Below, one piece after another: positions 11,523-25,291 of a stretch of 64,000 nucleotides of DNA. Below the pieces are notes generated by a model. It was not told the DNA's origin and made no database searches. It was given only the letters and a program-made list of their open reading frames with translations. The stretch's first letter is position 1; each line of letters starts with the position of its first letter. A program made the position numbers and the translations under genes. Source of the DNA: Rotaria socialis (taxonomy: Eukaryota); NCBI GenBank assembly GCA_905331295.1, contig CAJNYD010000438.1, positions 1 to 64,000 of the forward strand. Reading direction: 5' to 3'.

Positions 11523-13059
11523 TAATGCTTCACAAGATTAGAATTTATTTTATTTCGTTCATTTTCATCACAAATTGAATGCTTTAATTTTTGGAATAAA
11601 TCATTTCGACAGATATTCTTTCTATGGAAATTATAAAATTGGATTATTTATTGTTTTATTCCGATGTAACGCATAGGAAGGACGTGGGTGTGGAATGTGC
11701 CTGTGCAGGTGGATCCGCGTGTCCGCCTTTTCTCGCACCCACACTTGCCATGACGTGTGTGTATATGTGTAAACCAGTGTATCGGCCTTTTCTCGCATCG
11801 GCTTCGACACCCACACCCTTATTGGTGGGATTCATGAAGCCGTTAGAGTTAAATTGGTGGAGCTGATATTTGTTGAGTGTATAGACCTCACTATTTTATA
11901 AATCCATAGAAAATTTTAGCACACTGGAATTAGCTGTTGTTGAGATATAGCGTGGTCAAAATCGGATTTAGTGAAACTTGAAATTCGAAGGTTTAATTTT
12001 GAAACTTGAAGTTTCCGTTGAATTCAAGTTTCAAGTATGAGATATATGAATATATAAGCAAACATTATATGCCTAGGCGATTGATAAATATTAATCATGA
12101 AGAAATTTACATTTGCATCATTTACGCAGTCCAAGTTGTTTCAGACAAGCTTAGCTGCAGTGCTCTGCACTTCAAGAAATCCATTCCATAAGTACTCGTC
12201 TAACAACATAAATCACCTTCGACAAGAAGACACCGCAATGCTTATTCTACGTTATAATGGTTGTAAACTCCCTAACTACGACTTGATGCAGACCAAACTT
12301 TCAGAATAAGATAGCAATATACATAAAGAAAAAAATTGAGTATTACGTGCGATACCAAACAGGAAACTCTGAATATAACCTCTCTCAAACTTACACCAGT
12401 AACAATTAGCCCATCTTCAAATAAACAACGGTGATTGCAGGAATTCGACTATGCTATATGCAAAGAACTCGAAAAATAGAGGTACTTTTACAAATAGTAC
12501 TAAAACAGGCCACGAATTGAACTGGAAGCTCTTAGTCATATCACAGGTTTAAAAGGTCTCGACACATCACGAGCACAGCATCGGCGGTTACAAACAACAA
12601 ATATCTATACATACGCGATTTTTTGAGAACACGAAGCTAGAAAAGCGCAATAAAGAAATGCACTAATACCATGCAGCTAACATATGAAAAAAGGTACATT
12701 TTCACATTAACAACAAATCGTAACTGAGCACATCTATCCCATACCGAATGGAAGATAAATTGCAGAGATATTGTCACTCGACTTTCATGTCCATATTCTG
12801 ATTCTAACCAAACATAAAATACGTATCCTAATACGTCATTAGAAAAGCTCATTAAAGATTTAGCTAATTAATAAATTTAATAATTTTTAAAAAGAAAATC
12901 TAAATCTATTCCTAAATTGCAAATGTACTGCCAGTTATATGATGTTTTGCTTTTGCTTTGGGATGGTTTTTAAATGGTCGTGATTTTTCCTCATTTTTTC
13001 TCGAATTGTGAATAGTTATTGAGATGTCGATTTATATTCGAAGTCGAACTAGGCATCTC

Positions 13060-16025
13060 ATGCCTAGAACATTCTCTGCTATAACGTACAAGGGTGGGAG
13101 TCCAGAAGTTTAGAAATGATTGATATTGTTTATAAAACAGAAGCATCAATTGGGTGTTTACGGAAGTTGGAGAGTTATGGAATACATCTCAAATACCCCG
13201 TTTTAATATTTTTCATCAACATGAAACTAATAAAAGTGGTAGTGTATGTATAGTTATGGGGAAACATTTAAAAGGATCAAGAATCAACTTAAATATTGAA
13301 AATATAATTCTGTCGATGTCGATGGCCTCTCTGAAACAGATATAATAATTACTAATTACTGGCCAGCAGGCCAAACAAGAGTTTTAGAAGAATTAGAGTC
13401 ATATGTCACTAAAAATACAATCATAACTGGTGATTTCAATGCATCCGTAAAATAATGGGGTAGCAAGTCAGCAGATAAAAGAGGTAGAATTTTGAAAGAA
13501 TGGGTGGGAAAAAACAATCTTTGCTACATTCCCTCATTATCGCATTCTTCAAAATGTTCGAATAGGAACATTGATTTAACATTTACAAATTTAGGAGGAA
13601 CAAGGGGAGAGACTCTAATGATGGGCACCAGTGATCACTGGCCAATAATGATAACTTGGGAGACTAATATTTGATAAGAACAGTATTTTTCCCCATGTGC
13701 ATTGAAAGGCGTGCGAAGTCATTCTCACGTTGTTACAAGAATTTTGGCAAAGAGAGCAGATTAGATGGATGACAGCGTATGATTGGTATATGAATTATCT
13801 GCGTTTTCTTGCTGCTTTAAAAAACAGATTAACACAATGGAAAGGAAAAGAAAAATTTTGACCAGCTTTACCTCCTTATCTTATTCAGAAGCCACAAGAA
13901 GTTAAACGAGTTAGATATAAATACTATCGAGAGAGACAAATATATAATATTAATGAAGAAACAAGAGTGCTACTGCGGGTGTTAACAAGAGAAGTGAAAA
14001 TTGAAATTGCAAAATATAAGACGAGTAAATGGCGAGAGTTTCTGTCAAAAATTTCAAGAAACAAATGACAATAAGGAGTAGGCGTTGTGGCTTTATCTTT
14101 CGGGAATATATAAACATAGATCATTACCGTTTTCGAAACTAGATACTGGTACAGTACACTGTAAAAAAAAGGATTTATGAAAGTGCAACGTGACACATAC
14201 CCTTTTTTCCGTTTTTGAAATATCTGATAAACCCTTTTTCCAAATCATAAACCTAAAAACCGTTTATTATCTTCGTAATATACGGAAAAAAGGGTTTATA
14301 ATACGTTGCACTTTCATAAACCAAGTTTTTTGTTAAATATGAATATCCCATCAAAAAACGTTTTTCCGTTTATTATTCTGCGGATTTTTTTACAGTGTAA
14401 TACTAACGAAGGAGAATGAAATCAAGGATGAACGTTATCGATACTACTCGGAACGGTTCCAAACTCCAAATACAGGTATGTCAGATCCTTACGAAGTACA
14501 GATTGATATAGAATATTTAGAACTGATAAGCAAACTAGCATTGTTTAATGAAAATGTCGAAACAACAAACATTGTCGAAATAAAGAAACACATATCGAGG
14601 TTGAAACAAAAAAATCATGTGGATTCGATGCAGTGTCGAATTATATAATCAAAATAATTCCACCAGGTTATATTAATTGTCTAGTAAGTTGCTTTAATAC
14701 TTAGTTAAAAGAAATAGGTATTCAGATGTTTGGAAAGTAGCTAAAATAATTGCATTGAATAAAATAAAAGCAGGAATACCCAATTGTGATCAAACACGAC
14801 CAATATCCATTTTAGCAACACATTCCAAGCTATCTGAGAAAATTATGCTAGAAAGAATAAGACACTGGGCTGAAACTAATAGTTTAGTTCCAATCGAACA
14901 GTCGGGATTTCGTCCAGGTTGTCTTCTCCCTACTAGAGTTCTATCTATATATCAAGAAGTCAAAAACAATATGACTGCTAATATCCCAACGTTACCAATT
15001 TATGTAGACTATCAAAAGGACTACGATAAAGTGTGGCGCGAAGGCCTTATCGTAAAACTCAACAGACTCAGCATTCCTTTAGAACTATTAAAATTAATTG
15101 TATCGTGGTTAAATGATCGCCGTGCATATATGTTATATTTGGAGAGAACAAGTCAGATATATTTTATACATACGTCGGTCTGCCTCAAGGTAGTAGTTTA
15201 AGTCCATATCTGTTAATTGTTTACCATTGTGACCTAGTTGCATGTGTAAGTGCTTATTCTAGTCACATATTTGCTGATGATCTCAACATACTCATATCTC
15301 CACCAATATGCCGAGAAATAATGTCAGCGATTAAGTTTCTAAAAGGGGAAGGAACAAAAAATTATAATCAAATAGCGAATTATTCGAAAAAATAGAAACG
15401 ACCAGTTAATGTGTCTAAAACAGTAGCACAGGCTTTTCACATACAAGTGAAAAATCCAGATATCGATGTTTTTATGAATGGTAAGAGATTATATGTAGTT
15501 AAAGAGTTTAAATATATAGGCTTCGCCTGAACAAATAAGATGTTCTTAAAACCAACAATTGATAAAACCCTTGAGAATATTCAACGAACTTTCAGTAATC
15601 TAAGATGGATGAAAGATGGCAAAAATGTCTCAACAAATGTTTTGAGAAGATGCTTCTTCGCGTACAGTTTTCCGTATTTTGCCTGGGTGTTTCCACTGTA
15701 TCCAGTCCTAACGATAACCCAAAAAGAATTGCCGTTAAGAAAGTTTAGGAACGGATTAAGGCTAGTTCATTGCTGTTCTTTTACTCGAGCAACAAACATT
15801 TTACAAATAACAAATGAAACATCTTTAGAAGACTATGCGAAGCGATATATAAAGAAAAGATTAGAACGAATTGAAAAATCAGATTTTGGTCGTTCGCCCT
15901 TCTACAATGATATGTTTTATTGGGATTCATTTTGTAAAAATAAGAATGATCATCTAGGTCATTTTTTTCGAATGAAGCGAGTCAGACGCAAACGTGAGAG
16001 ACATCAACCGTTGCTTCTGACATAG
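13060..16025 (+). pseudogene. LINE ORF2: apurinic-like endonuclease plus reverse transcriptase, degenerate
   Basis: Endonuclease motifs NILCYNVQG, FTEVGE, IITGDFNA, IDLTF, SDHWP. RT motifs RPISIL, EQSGFR, YVDYQKDYDKVW, GLPQGSSLSP, FADDL, FKYIG. Many stops and frameshifts. Confidence 0.92.
14157..14397. mobile_element. CACTG-terminated MITE (CMC/EnSpm-like) in ORF2
   Basis: CACTGTAAAAAAA...TTTTTTTACAGTG with a TA TSD. Removing it restores the in-frame sequence DTGTV-ILTKENEIKDE. Confidence 0.9.
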
Positions 16026-18584
16026 CTCGAATTTTTAGTTGACTGAAATACACCATTTGACTGTTTATTTAAAGTTTCGTGCTCTCTACATATCGCTATT
16101 TCAGCTCGTCCTTATTTTATTTTTCTCTTTTATTTTTTCTTATTATCGTTTTCTCCTTCATTATTCTATTTTTTTTCGGGCTATTACATGTATAATTTTA
16201 TACATCGTATTCTATCTAGCAAGCGTGGCATCTTATGATTGTATTGTGCTCTCTTCTGCACGCTTAATAGTTCATTGCCGTGATAATCAAACAGCTGTAA
16301 ATTTTTACGGCAATTCTTGTAAGCACTTCCGAGTGTAAGTAACAATAAAAGAGCGAAATTAAAAAAGCTCATTATAATATTATTGTTCGCATATACGCTA
16401 ATTCTTTATGCTTTCTAGAACTCGCACACACCTACCAATTATCATTGTAATACAGAATACAGCATTCAACAAATATGAAATAATCAAAAGATGATTCATA
16501 GGCAAATACAGATCATTCAAAAATTCGGGTACGGGGTATAATGTATAAGGTTTTCGTTTCATGTTCTATTTATATCAAACCCAAGACATAAAACTTAGGT
16601 AGGTATTTCATGTAATTCGATTTAAACTAAAGCTAAGCGTTAGCAAACTTTTGCTTCAACTTTTCATTAAGGAACCAGGATATATAATTTAATCGATATA
16701 ATAGGTGTTGCTGTCACAAACGTTCCTTCTGAATATGACTCACTCATGCTTTTAAAACAATTATTAATGTCTAGTTCAGTGCTTGCACAAGCTTACAAGA
16801 GAATCCATAAGTATGATTGGTATAAATAGAAGTGGGTTCCAACATAATTTTCCAAAATTGAATGCCAATTAAGAAAAATTATCTCATACAATCTAATATT
16901 TCTGCTACAGCTATATTGAAAAATAAATTAACTAAAGAACAGCTGAGAAAGCAATCTTTTGTTACGACTTTTCAATGATTTTCGGTATACTTATTGTGGT
17001 GGCTTTCCAAATTAATAATTTTTCAGGCAGAAAATGTCAAATTAGAGCACAGGTCTACCGATTCGTACAAAAAAAAGTTAAATAATTGTCAAAAGATGAA
17101 AAGATAATCTTATTTCGTTCTATTGTTGAGCAAAAAAGTAATCAATACATAAATGAATGAACCTGCAATTACGTTACTATGACATAACATATTGTTGCCT
17201 GTATTCTGACGAAAAGCAGATCTTTAAGATACAGGAAAAATATGTTAACGATATCTGTCGATTGCATCATTTTTGTAGTCACTATCCATAACTATAGATA
17301 TGCTCTTATTTCTAAGCTCTTACTTCATTGAATTGACGCTATACATCTGAATGAACATCATTTTATTTCTTTCACTACCAGAATATAATGATCAGTGGCT
17401 TACTTATTTAATTATCTATAAAAGACTTTGGATTTACAAATAAACCTTCACAATCTCACTTTTATTTAAATAGTAGATTTCCCAGCTTATTTTGTATTTA
17501 ATATATGTCTTAATATCAGTATCTAATTTCCATGGTCTATCTAATTCAGAATTAATGAGAATATATTCTTAAAAGTGTCAAAAAGTACTTGATGAGTCTG
17601 AAGTTTCAATTGGATTAAAATGTGCGTCAGTAGTACACTAAATAGTTGAATGATTCGCACTAAAAAATAGAACATATTTATGGTAGCAAAATCTCTAATT
17701 TATGTGCTTATTATTAATAATAGTCATCATTTTTCTTGAATATTTAACTCGAAAAAGGTAAAGATGACTCTGTGGCAGACATTCGATCTGCGCATGTATC
17801 GCTGTTCAGCATATATTTTCATATCTTGAAAAAAACCATAATATCAGTTTGTACCTGTAAAATCTCGTGTGACGACACTATTCTTCATCTTTGATATATC
17901 TTCTGTTCTATTACGTATATGTTTTGACCATATCATTTATTGTTTGTATTACTTTCACACTTGTATGTTTTAATTGAAATATATGTTTCTTTTATAGATG
18001 TAAATTCACTGTTCATTAACTCCTTCTTGTATTCATTATCTACTAGTAGATTATTGATACATTGTTCTTCTCTCTCTCTCTCTCTCGTTTATCGCAAAAT
18101 AAATCACACCCAAAATAAATCACACCTGGTCAAGTATTCGGATACATCATACTCGATACTGTAAATAGATTGTTACTTTTCTCATTTAATCAATTAAAAA
18201 GGAGAGGTTGCTAATTTTTCAAAAGGAGCTTAATAATGATTCCAGTAAAAATACGAGACGTTTCTTTGACTTGCTGCTCAGAAAATAAAAAAATTGATTG
18301 CTGTTTAATGACATTATTTCATAGAAGAATTTGAAACAAGCTAACATGGATTGATTGTAACAATTATCTATGTGCCAAAACTTCAGAGAGATTTTCTTAG
18401 AATGTACTATCATATATAGAAATATGTGTTTTTACTCTTTTTGTGTGTTTCAGCAATGAGCACACTACCAATAGGTTAATCACTTATCAGTTAACATAAT
18501 CTGTATTACATACAACCTACTATGCTAATTAATAGAGGAACTGCACCCTCAAGATTTGAAACAAATCATTGAGACTCATATTCA

Positions 18585-18585
18585 C

Positions 18586-18624
<39 letters not shown>

Positions 18625-18646
18625 ATGTGTGTGTGTGTGTGTGTGT
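18585..18646. repeat. Compound microsatellite (TA)n(GA)n(TG)n
   Basis: Direct reading of the sequence. Confidence 0.9.
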
Positions 18647-19979
18647 AAGTTTCTGAATAGAGATGTCATATTCACTTAACTTTTATGGTCAACCATGTAT
18701 GGGGTTTCATTAGTCATCGAATTAAGTCAGAGAAAAATTGGAATCACCAAAAAATTGCAAGAAAAGCGTCATAATTTGATAAAATATTGAACTTACAATG
18801 TACATGTTCTAGCTGTTTATCTTTTCTACACAAAAACACGGACAACGACATAAATAAATACAGAAACTAAAAAGAATAAATATTTAGATTGCAAAATCTA
18901 TTGAGATGAAAATTTAAAATCTATTTCTCATACAGCAACAGATTGAGAAAAGATTCAAGATCATGAATCCATTTAAATTCGAACGAGAAAAAAATATTGC
19001 ACAAGCTTAATTTAATTTAATTGCTTTATCAATGTATTTTTATCATTCAGCACAACGCTCTCGAGCGAATTATTACAAATAATCAAATTTGTTTTTCGAA
19101 TTTGAATTCAATATACAAAAGAGACTGAATCAGAGTACGAAAAAAACTAAAAGTGTAAGTTATATTCTGTCTTAGTTCTAGGCCGATTATCATCGTACTA
19201 GAACATAGATACCTATAAATAGAATAATAAAATTCTTTGTTGTAATTGTGCTATCACACGGAATCGCTTGAAACTAACATAATTTATTTCGGATATTTAA
19301 TTTTAATGCGATGTTCTTTTTTTTTGAAAAGCTGTTTTCCTTTTAACAATTACACAGATCTTATGACGAACTCTAGTATGCAGAGTTTGATCTCGAAACT
19401 TCAAAACTTTGTCTAGATAAAAAAAAAATTTTTTCGCTAACACTAGGAATTTTCTATTGGTCAAGCAGTAGATACACTAAGGTCTTTTTTATTCATTAAG
19501 CCCAAACTTAAAAAAAATTCATTTGCACAAACAACTCTCAGATCAGCTTCTACTTAAGTATCATTAGTTTATATCTAATGAGGTTCTCTTAATCTTAAGT
19601 CAATAATCAAACTTTCAATAGTTAGTAAAATACAACTTTTATTTTATGAATAATCAAATGTATGATCTTTGCGCTATATCTCTAATAGACACTTGCAATA
19701 TTTATTCTGATCGATCGAGACGTATACATATGTAAATTTAACTCCATGCCAACATAGAAGACACTTGTATGAATCATAGAAAATCTCTTCACTAGAATCT
19801 CGATGGAAAATTCTTCTATAGTTTTCTTTCATATCATCGTAATGTAATAAAATGTGAAGATGTTTTTTTAATGAAAAGAATAGCAATAGAATGTAAAAAT
19901 GTTTTGAACTGATATTATGTATTGTTTTAATTGATCGAAAAAGAAAAATAACAAAGTTTACATATAGACATTATGAACA

Positions 19980-21845
19980 TCAAATATGTTCGGCGTATAA
20001 AATGATGATGATGATGAAGGTGCAGCTGTTGATGGAGGTGGCGGTGGAAGTACTTGTCCATGCATCATAATATTGTTCGGATTTGTAGATGAATAAGGAA
20101 AGTTTCCTGCTGATCGATAAATTTGTTCATAATCTAAGTAATCAAAATAAAAATAAAATAATCGTTTTTACGGATATGAATGAATAATGTTATCAATAGA
20201 AACGAACCATTAGTATACCGGGCATAAAAAGATTGTTGCTGCTGCTGTTGTTGTTGTTGTTGGTGTTGTTGTTGATTATGAAATAAAGTATTGGCTGCAC
20301 TACTACTACATTCATTTGGCACATGGAAACCTAATGATGATGATGATGAGGAGGAAAACGGACCAGTGACTGAGGTCTGTGTATCAATTGCTGGAAAACA
20401 AAAAGGAGTAAAATGAAGACGAGAGGATGAAGTTGCTTGTCCTGAAATATTAGCACTACTTGTAGCAGTAGCCCCAGTCGAAAACATTAATGGACTAGGA
20501 GTTGTTGGAATATGTGAAATTTGTTGTTGTTGCTGTTGTTGTTGATTTTGATGATGAGCAGAGGCAATTTTTCGCCAACGAGCACGACGATTAGAAAACC
20601 ATACCTATTGATTATTATTGAATATATATATATAAGTCTACTATCATAAGTCAAATAATATAACAATACCTGTACTCGAGCTTCACTAAGACCTGTTCGT
20701 CTTGATAAATCCTCTCGTGCTTGTACATCAGGATAGTGTGTTCGTTGAAAAACCTGTTCTAATTGTTCAATTTGGTCTTGACTAAAACTTGTTCGATATC
20801 GACGACCTTTTGTTGTATTACTAGTAGTCTTGTCTGTGCTACCACTACGAGCACTATCTACTTAAAAGTTTTGTTTTTAGAGATACATGAAAAAAGAAAA
20901 ATTTATCAAATTTTCAATTACTTTTATCCTCTATTGAATTTTCATTTTGATCGGTTATATTTGACGATGATTGTTCATCTGTTAGATTATTTCCGTCAAC
21001 ATTACTACCAGCATCGCGTAACATTCGTGTTAATGCACTTAAACTGGGTAATGATGTTGGTTTACAAACTCCATCACGTAATAATCTTTCTCGTATTTCC
21101 CAAACAAACATTGGTCCATGTGGATATGCATTTTTATATTCATCAATTTTCTGTTCAATATCAGCAGTTACAACTCTTGCTTTCGAGCCACCGATTGAGC
21201 CTGGTTTTATCGAACCTGTTTCAGCATAACGTGCTAAGATTTTCGAAACACATCCATGAGAAACACGTAACTTTATTAAAAATAGAAATTGGAATATTAT
21301 TAATAATGGATGAGACGAAAACAAAAAGAAAGAAAATTTCTTTCAATACCTGTCGACTAATGACACAAGGTCGAATACCTTGTGCAGCCATGTCAATAAT
21401 CTTCATACGAAGATGATTGGGCAATGGACGGCCATTGATAAATACACCACCCAATTGATTTACACGACCTTGTCCTTTAAAAAAAATTAAATTGTAAGTT
21501 AATAATACCTTCATCTTTTCGGAACTTCATTTTTTTAAGTATAAAAACTTGAAGTCAATTGTTGTAAGAATTGTTAAATTAAAAAAAATATATATGAGTA
21601 AGACTAAAAAAAGTTGATAGATCTCTTAGTACGAAAACAAGACAAAGTATCGAGTCAATTTTAAGACAATCATAGAATCTTGATTCAATTTTATTAATTA
21701 ACTTAGGAGCATATTTGCTTCTATAGTTACCTTCATAACTAAGCGGATGTGGATGGTAGAGCATTGGCGGCGCTGGATGAGACCATGTTGATGTTGAATT
21801 AGTCGCTCGATTTATTGTTGGTGTTATAGTCGAATTTGAAAGCAT
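19980..21845 (-). CDS. Pax3/7: Paired-box plus paired-type homeodomain transcription factor, Pax3/7 (paired/gooseberry) group; 6 exons
   Basis: Paired domain [54 protein letters not shown]. Homeodomain [57 protein letters not shown] (S50). Exons about 21845-21731, 21474-21350, 21270-20922, 20860-20670, 20604-20208, ~20109-19980. Confidence 0.93.
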
Positions 21846-24800
21846 AACTTTTATTATAAAATATGTACGACGATGATACGCTAACGCACGCGGCAACAGA
21901 TAATTTGCTCGTTTTTTTTCACGTTTTCCGGCCTCTTTCTCTCGCTTAAATCAGCTTCTCCGTTACTAGTATCTATAAAAGATGGGGATCGGCGATAGAT
22001 ATATTTTATTTTTCTTCCCGTTTAGAATGATGAGGGAAGATCAAGAAAAAAAAATGAAAATGAAATGTTCTCTTAGTCGATGGTTAATAAACTGTGTCCA
22101 GATCGGCCTTTTTCATATATCAAGTGCGAAATTTGAGTTTCACGCGTATTAAGCATCATCATCAATAGACATAAAGAAAAAGACAATTTACCTAACTAAA
22201 TGATAGAGAAGAATATATACATCTTCTTTCCTTCTTACTCATTTTCAATTTTCTCCTGTGTCGCCGGTAACACTATTCGATAGATGCAATCTTCATATAC
22301 GTTTGTATATATATATATATTAGGTTTGTTTCATGTTTTGTTCGTTTGACGGCTGTCAAATCATTCGGTCTCACCTTTCTCTCACAAATCATTCGAGCGT
22401 CAACATCATTATTATCATCGTTGGCGATTGCATAGAAATAAGGAAGCGAGCAAAGAAAAGATACGATTGGTGCTTGGTAACCAATCATTGTTGAAACCAA
22501 AAAGCATTTTTCTTTTTTTCTAGTCAATTCGTTTTATTAACCAATTAGATATTTGTCAGTTACATTTTTTTTCGGTCATATTGAAAGTTTTATTTTGTGG
22601 TGGAAAAATAAACGAAATAGTCGTTAATGGCAATTTGTTAAGTTCACAGTTCCTATAAACGAAACTGTTTACAATAATTAAAAAAGACATGCCAAACAAT
22701 ACGAGGCATGCTATAGCTTTTTTTTCAACAAAAAAAGGAATGTTTGATAGTCTATTAAAGGTCGTTAGGGTGTGGGAGGTGTGCATCCTTCCGTTTTTGA
22801 AAAGCCATGATAAATTTTCTAGAAAGATTGTTTTGAAAAATGAATAATAGTGAAAAAATATCAATGATGCTGTTGCAATAGTCTTCAGAAAACTTTTGTT
22901 ACATCCAACATCTGCGCAAACGAGGCAAAGATAGGAGTGTCTTCCTTCTTGAACAATATAAATTTCAGTTTCTACTAGCGAAAAAAATCAATTTTTTCAA
23001 AATCTGGCACATTTTCTTGAAAAAACCTCGTTAAAATCTTTCACGTTAAAAACTATAAGACATTTTTTAGCATTATTTTTACATTCGGATTAGGATGTTA
23101 GCTTTTTTTTAAAATGAAAATCAAAGTAACAAATGTGAAGATCTTCTTTTTTTCACTACATACTGATTAAACTTTCTGTCAAAAGCTGTATATATGTCAA
23201 ATTTGATGTCTAAAGTAAAAAGAAATTTCACTAGATAGATGATTTCAATATTGTGTAGTTCGAATCAATTTTAGGATTATTTATTGAGGAGTATCATTGG
23301 TTCATTTGTGTATATGGTATGCTTTTATTTAATTGATTACGTCTATGAGAAGCGATTTTCCCATCACCGATGATTTGCACATAGCATATTAAAATGATCG
23401 TATGCACACAAGATGTCAATTTTGAGTTTGACAAGATAGTTAACAATTGAGCAATAGCGGTAGCGTAGTAATCGAATTTCTAAATTTTCGATAATCTTTC
23501 TAATCAATCTAGAGAAGGTTGATTTCATCTATCATTTTATTTTTAATTCTGTCTTTCAAATGAATAGAAAAGAATCATTTTATCTGATTTCATTTTTAAA
23601 GATAATCAATAGATATCTGTTGCCTTTTGATTTAATAATAATGAGAAAATGTGTAAAATTTTACGTTGATATGTGTTCTGAAAGGGAAACTAAGTTAGCA
23701 ATTGGTTTTAACTAGTACCGAAATATACCCAGTATTACTTTTGTTGATTTACTGTTTTGCGAGAGATGAAAGGATCCGTCTTGGGTGTCTTTAAAATATG
23801 AATTGTAATAGGTTTGTCAAACATATAATTAAGTTTTGATACCTTTCTATATTCTTATGTAACATGGCTTTTTATGATCAAGAGATTCGATTGAAGGCAT
23901 TTGTTGTAAGTTCTTCTATATTTTATAGTTTAAAATACGATGTTATTCGAAGACAATCGACATTGTTCACCTGATACGAGCACAATCGATCATATTCGAG
24001 TCTATCACTGGCTAGACAATTCGATTAAAATAGACCACATAGTTGTTCATGAACTTCGCCTAGATTTTCGATACGAGACTTCGCTTTTCTGAGCAGATTA
24101 TATAGCAAATACTGAATTGTGACTTTCACTAGAAGATGAAAAGTGATTTCCTACGGTTTTTATTAGGTAGCATTACGAATAATTTTAGATTTTGATTGTT
24201 TTACTTATGCACGATTCAACCTTTTATTTAGCAGTTTTTTTTTATCTAAATTATATCGCTAAGTTGTCGTTATCATTTCCAAATTGATTATTATTTCCAG
24301 TAATAACAGAAAATTGATTTATTTGAAGTAGTGAAATTTATTATAATTATTCAAACCCATATTAAAAACTATGCTACTACACACAACGACTGCCAACTAG
24401 AGCAATAAAAACAAATTTCCCTTTTTTTCTCTGTAATAGGGTCGAAGAGCTTTATTCTATGGTATTACTTTGCTTATTTCATTGAAGTTGCTTTACTAAT
24501 TTTCATAAATCAAAAGCTTTTTTACTTTTCAATGGTTAAGGATCTCGATTATTAATTAAGCAATACATTAGTTGAGTATCTACTAGTGTTGGAAAAATAT
24601 AATAAAATATGCTAGTATTTTTAGTATGTCTTCTTGTATTTATATGTACTTAACCAAATATGTTGGTGTAATTTTTATATTGTGATAAAAATTTGTCGTT
24701 TTAAGCAAAGAAAATTACACAAGATTAATTTTTGACTTGAAACCTCACTAGGATTTTTCTGCTTTAAAAATAGTCTACCTACTGATTGGCACGCTCACAC

Positions 24801-25291
24801 ACAATACTAAATAAGAATGAAGACTATATTTAGTGTGAAGAGATATTCTTACAATAGTACGTGGCTAAATATCTATAGCAAAAGTCAACAATGTCAAATT
24901 GACATTATTGTCTGCCATTTTCTTTTTAATAAAGGTAAAAGGTTTAAAACAAAAGCTTCTTCAACGATATATCAATTCGTTTATCCTTTGTCGTGTTTTT
25001 TTCTATAAATCGAACGATACAAAATATTTTTCATCCCTGAATTTTTTTCTATGCCTTCCTATCACCTGTGCATGTTTGCATATATATATATTCGAGCAAG
25101 AGTAGCGATGTATAAATCATCATTGAGGGATATTTGCTTTAGAAATGATTGCATTCCTGTATTCATATGACCGAAATATAATTGCGTATTGACATTGAGT
25201 CATACATATTTGGGTATGCAAAGAAACACTAAAAACACTTAAATCGTTTTATTTTCACATACGATTCAAAGCATCATACGCGATTGCTACC

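Larger units (their letters stand above)
10167..13054. mobile_element. 2.9-kb non-autonomous TIR element
   Basis: 25-bp TIR GCCTAATTCGACTTCAAATATAAAT versus rc GCCTAGTTCGACTTCGAATATAAAT (23/25). No TSD. Confidence 0.75.
6030..16100 (+). mobile_element. Decayed non-LTR retrotransposon (two ORFs, APE-RT; jockey-group-like) with multiple nested insertions
   Basis: ORF1 pieces at 6092-6111, 6740-7026 and 8496-9196. ORF2 pieces at ~13060-16025. Ends are approximate. Confidence 0.8.

Noticed and set aside
11665..12592. TGTAAC...GTTACA bounded segment as a solo LTR
   Set aside because: Only a 6-bp inverted match, with no TSD and no PBS or PPT.
20763..21416. 217-aa plus-strand ORF
   Set aside because: It is the antisense shadow of Pax3/7 exons and has no recognisable motif.
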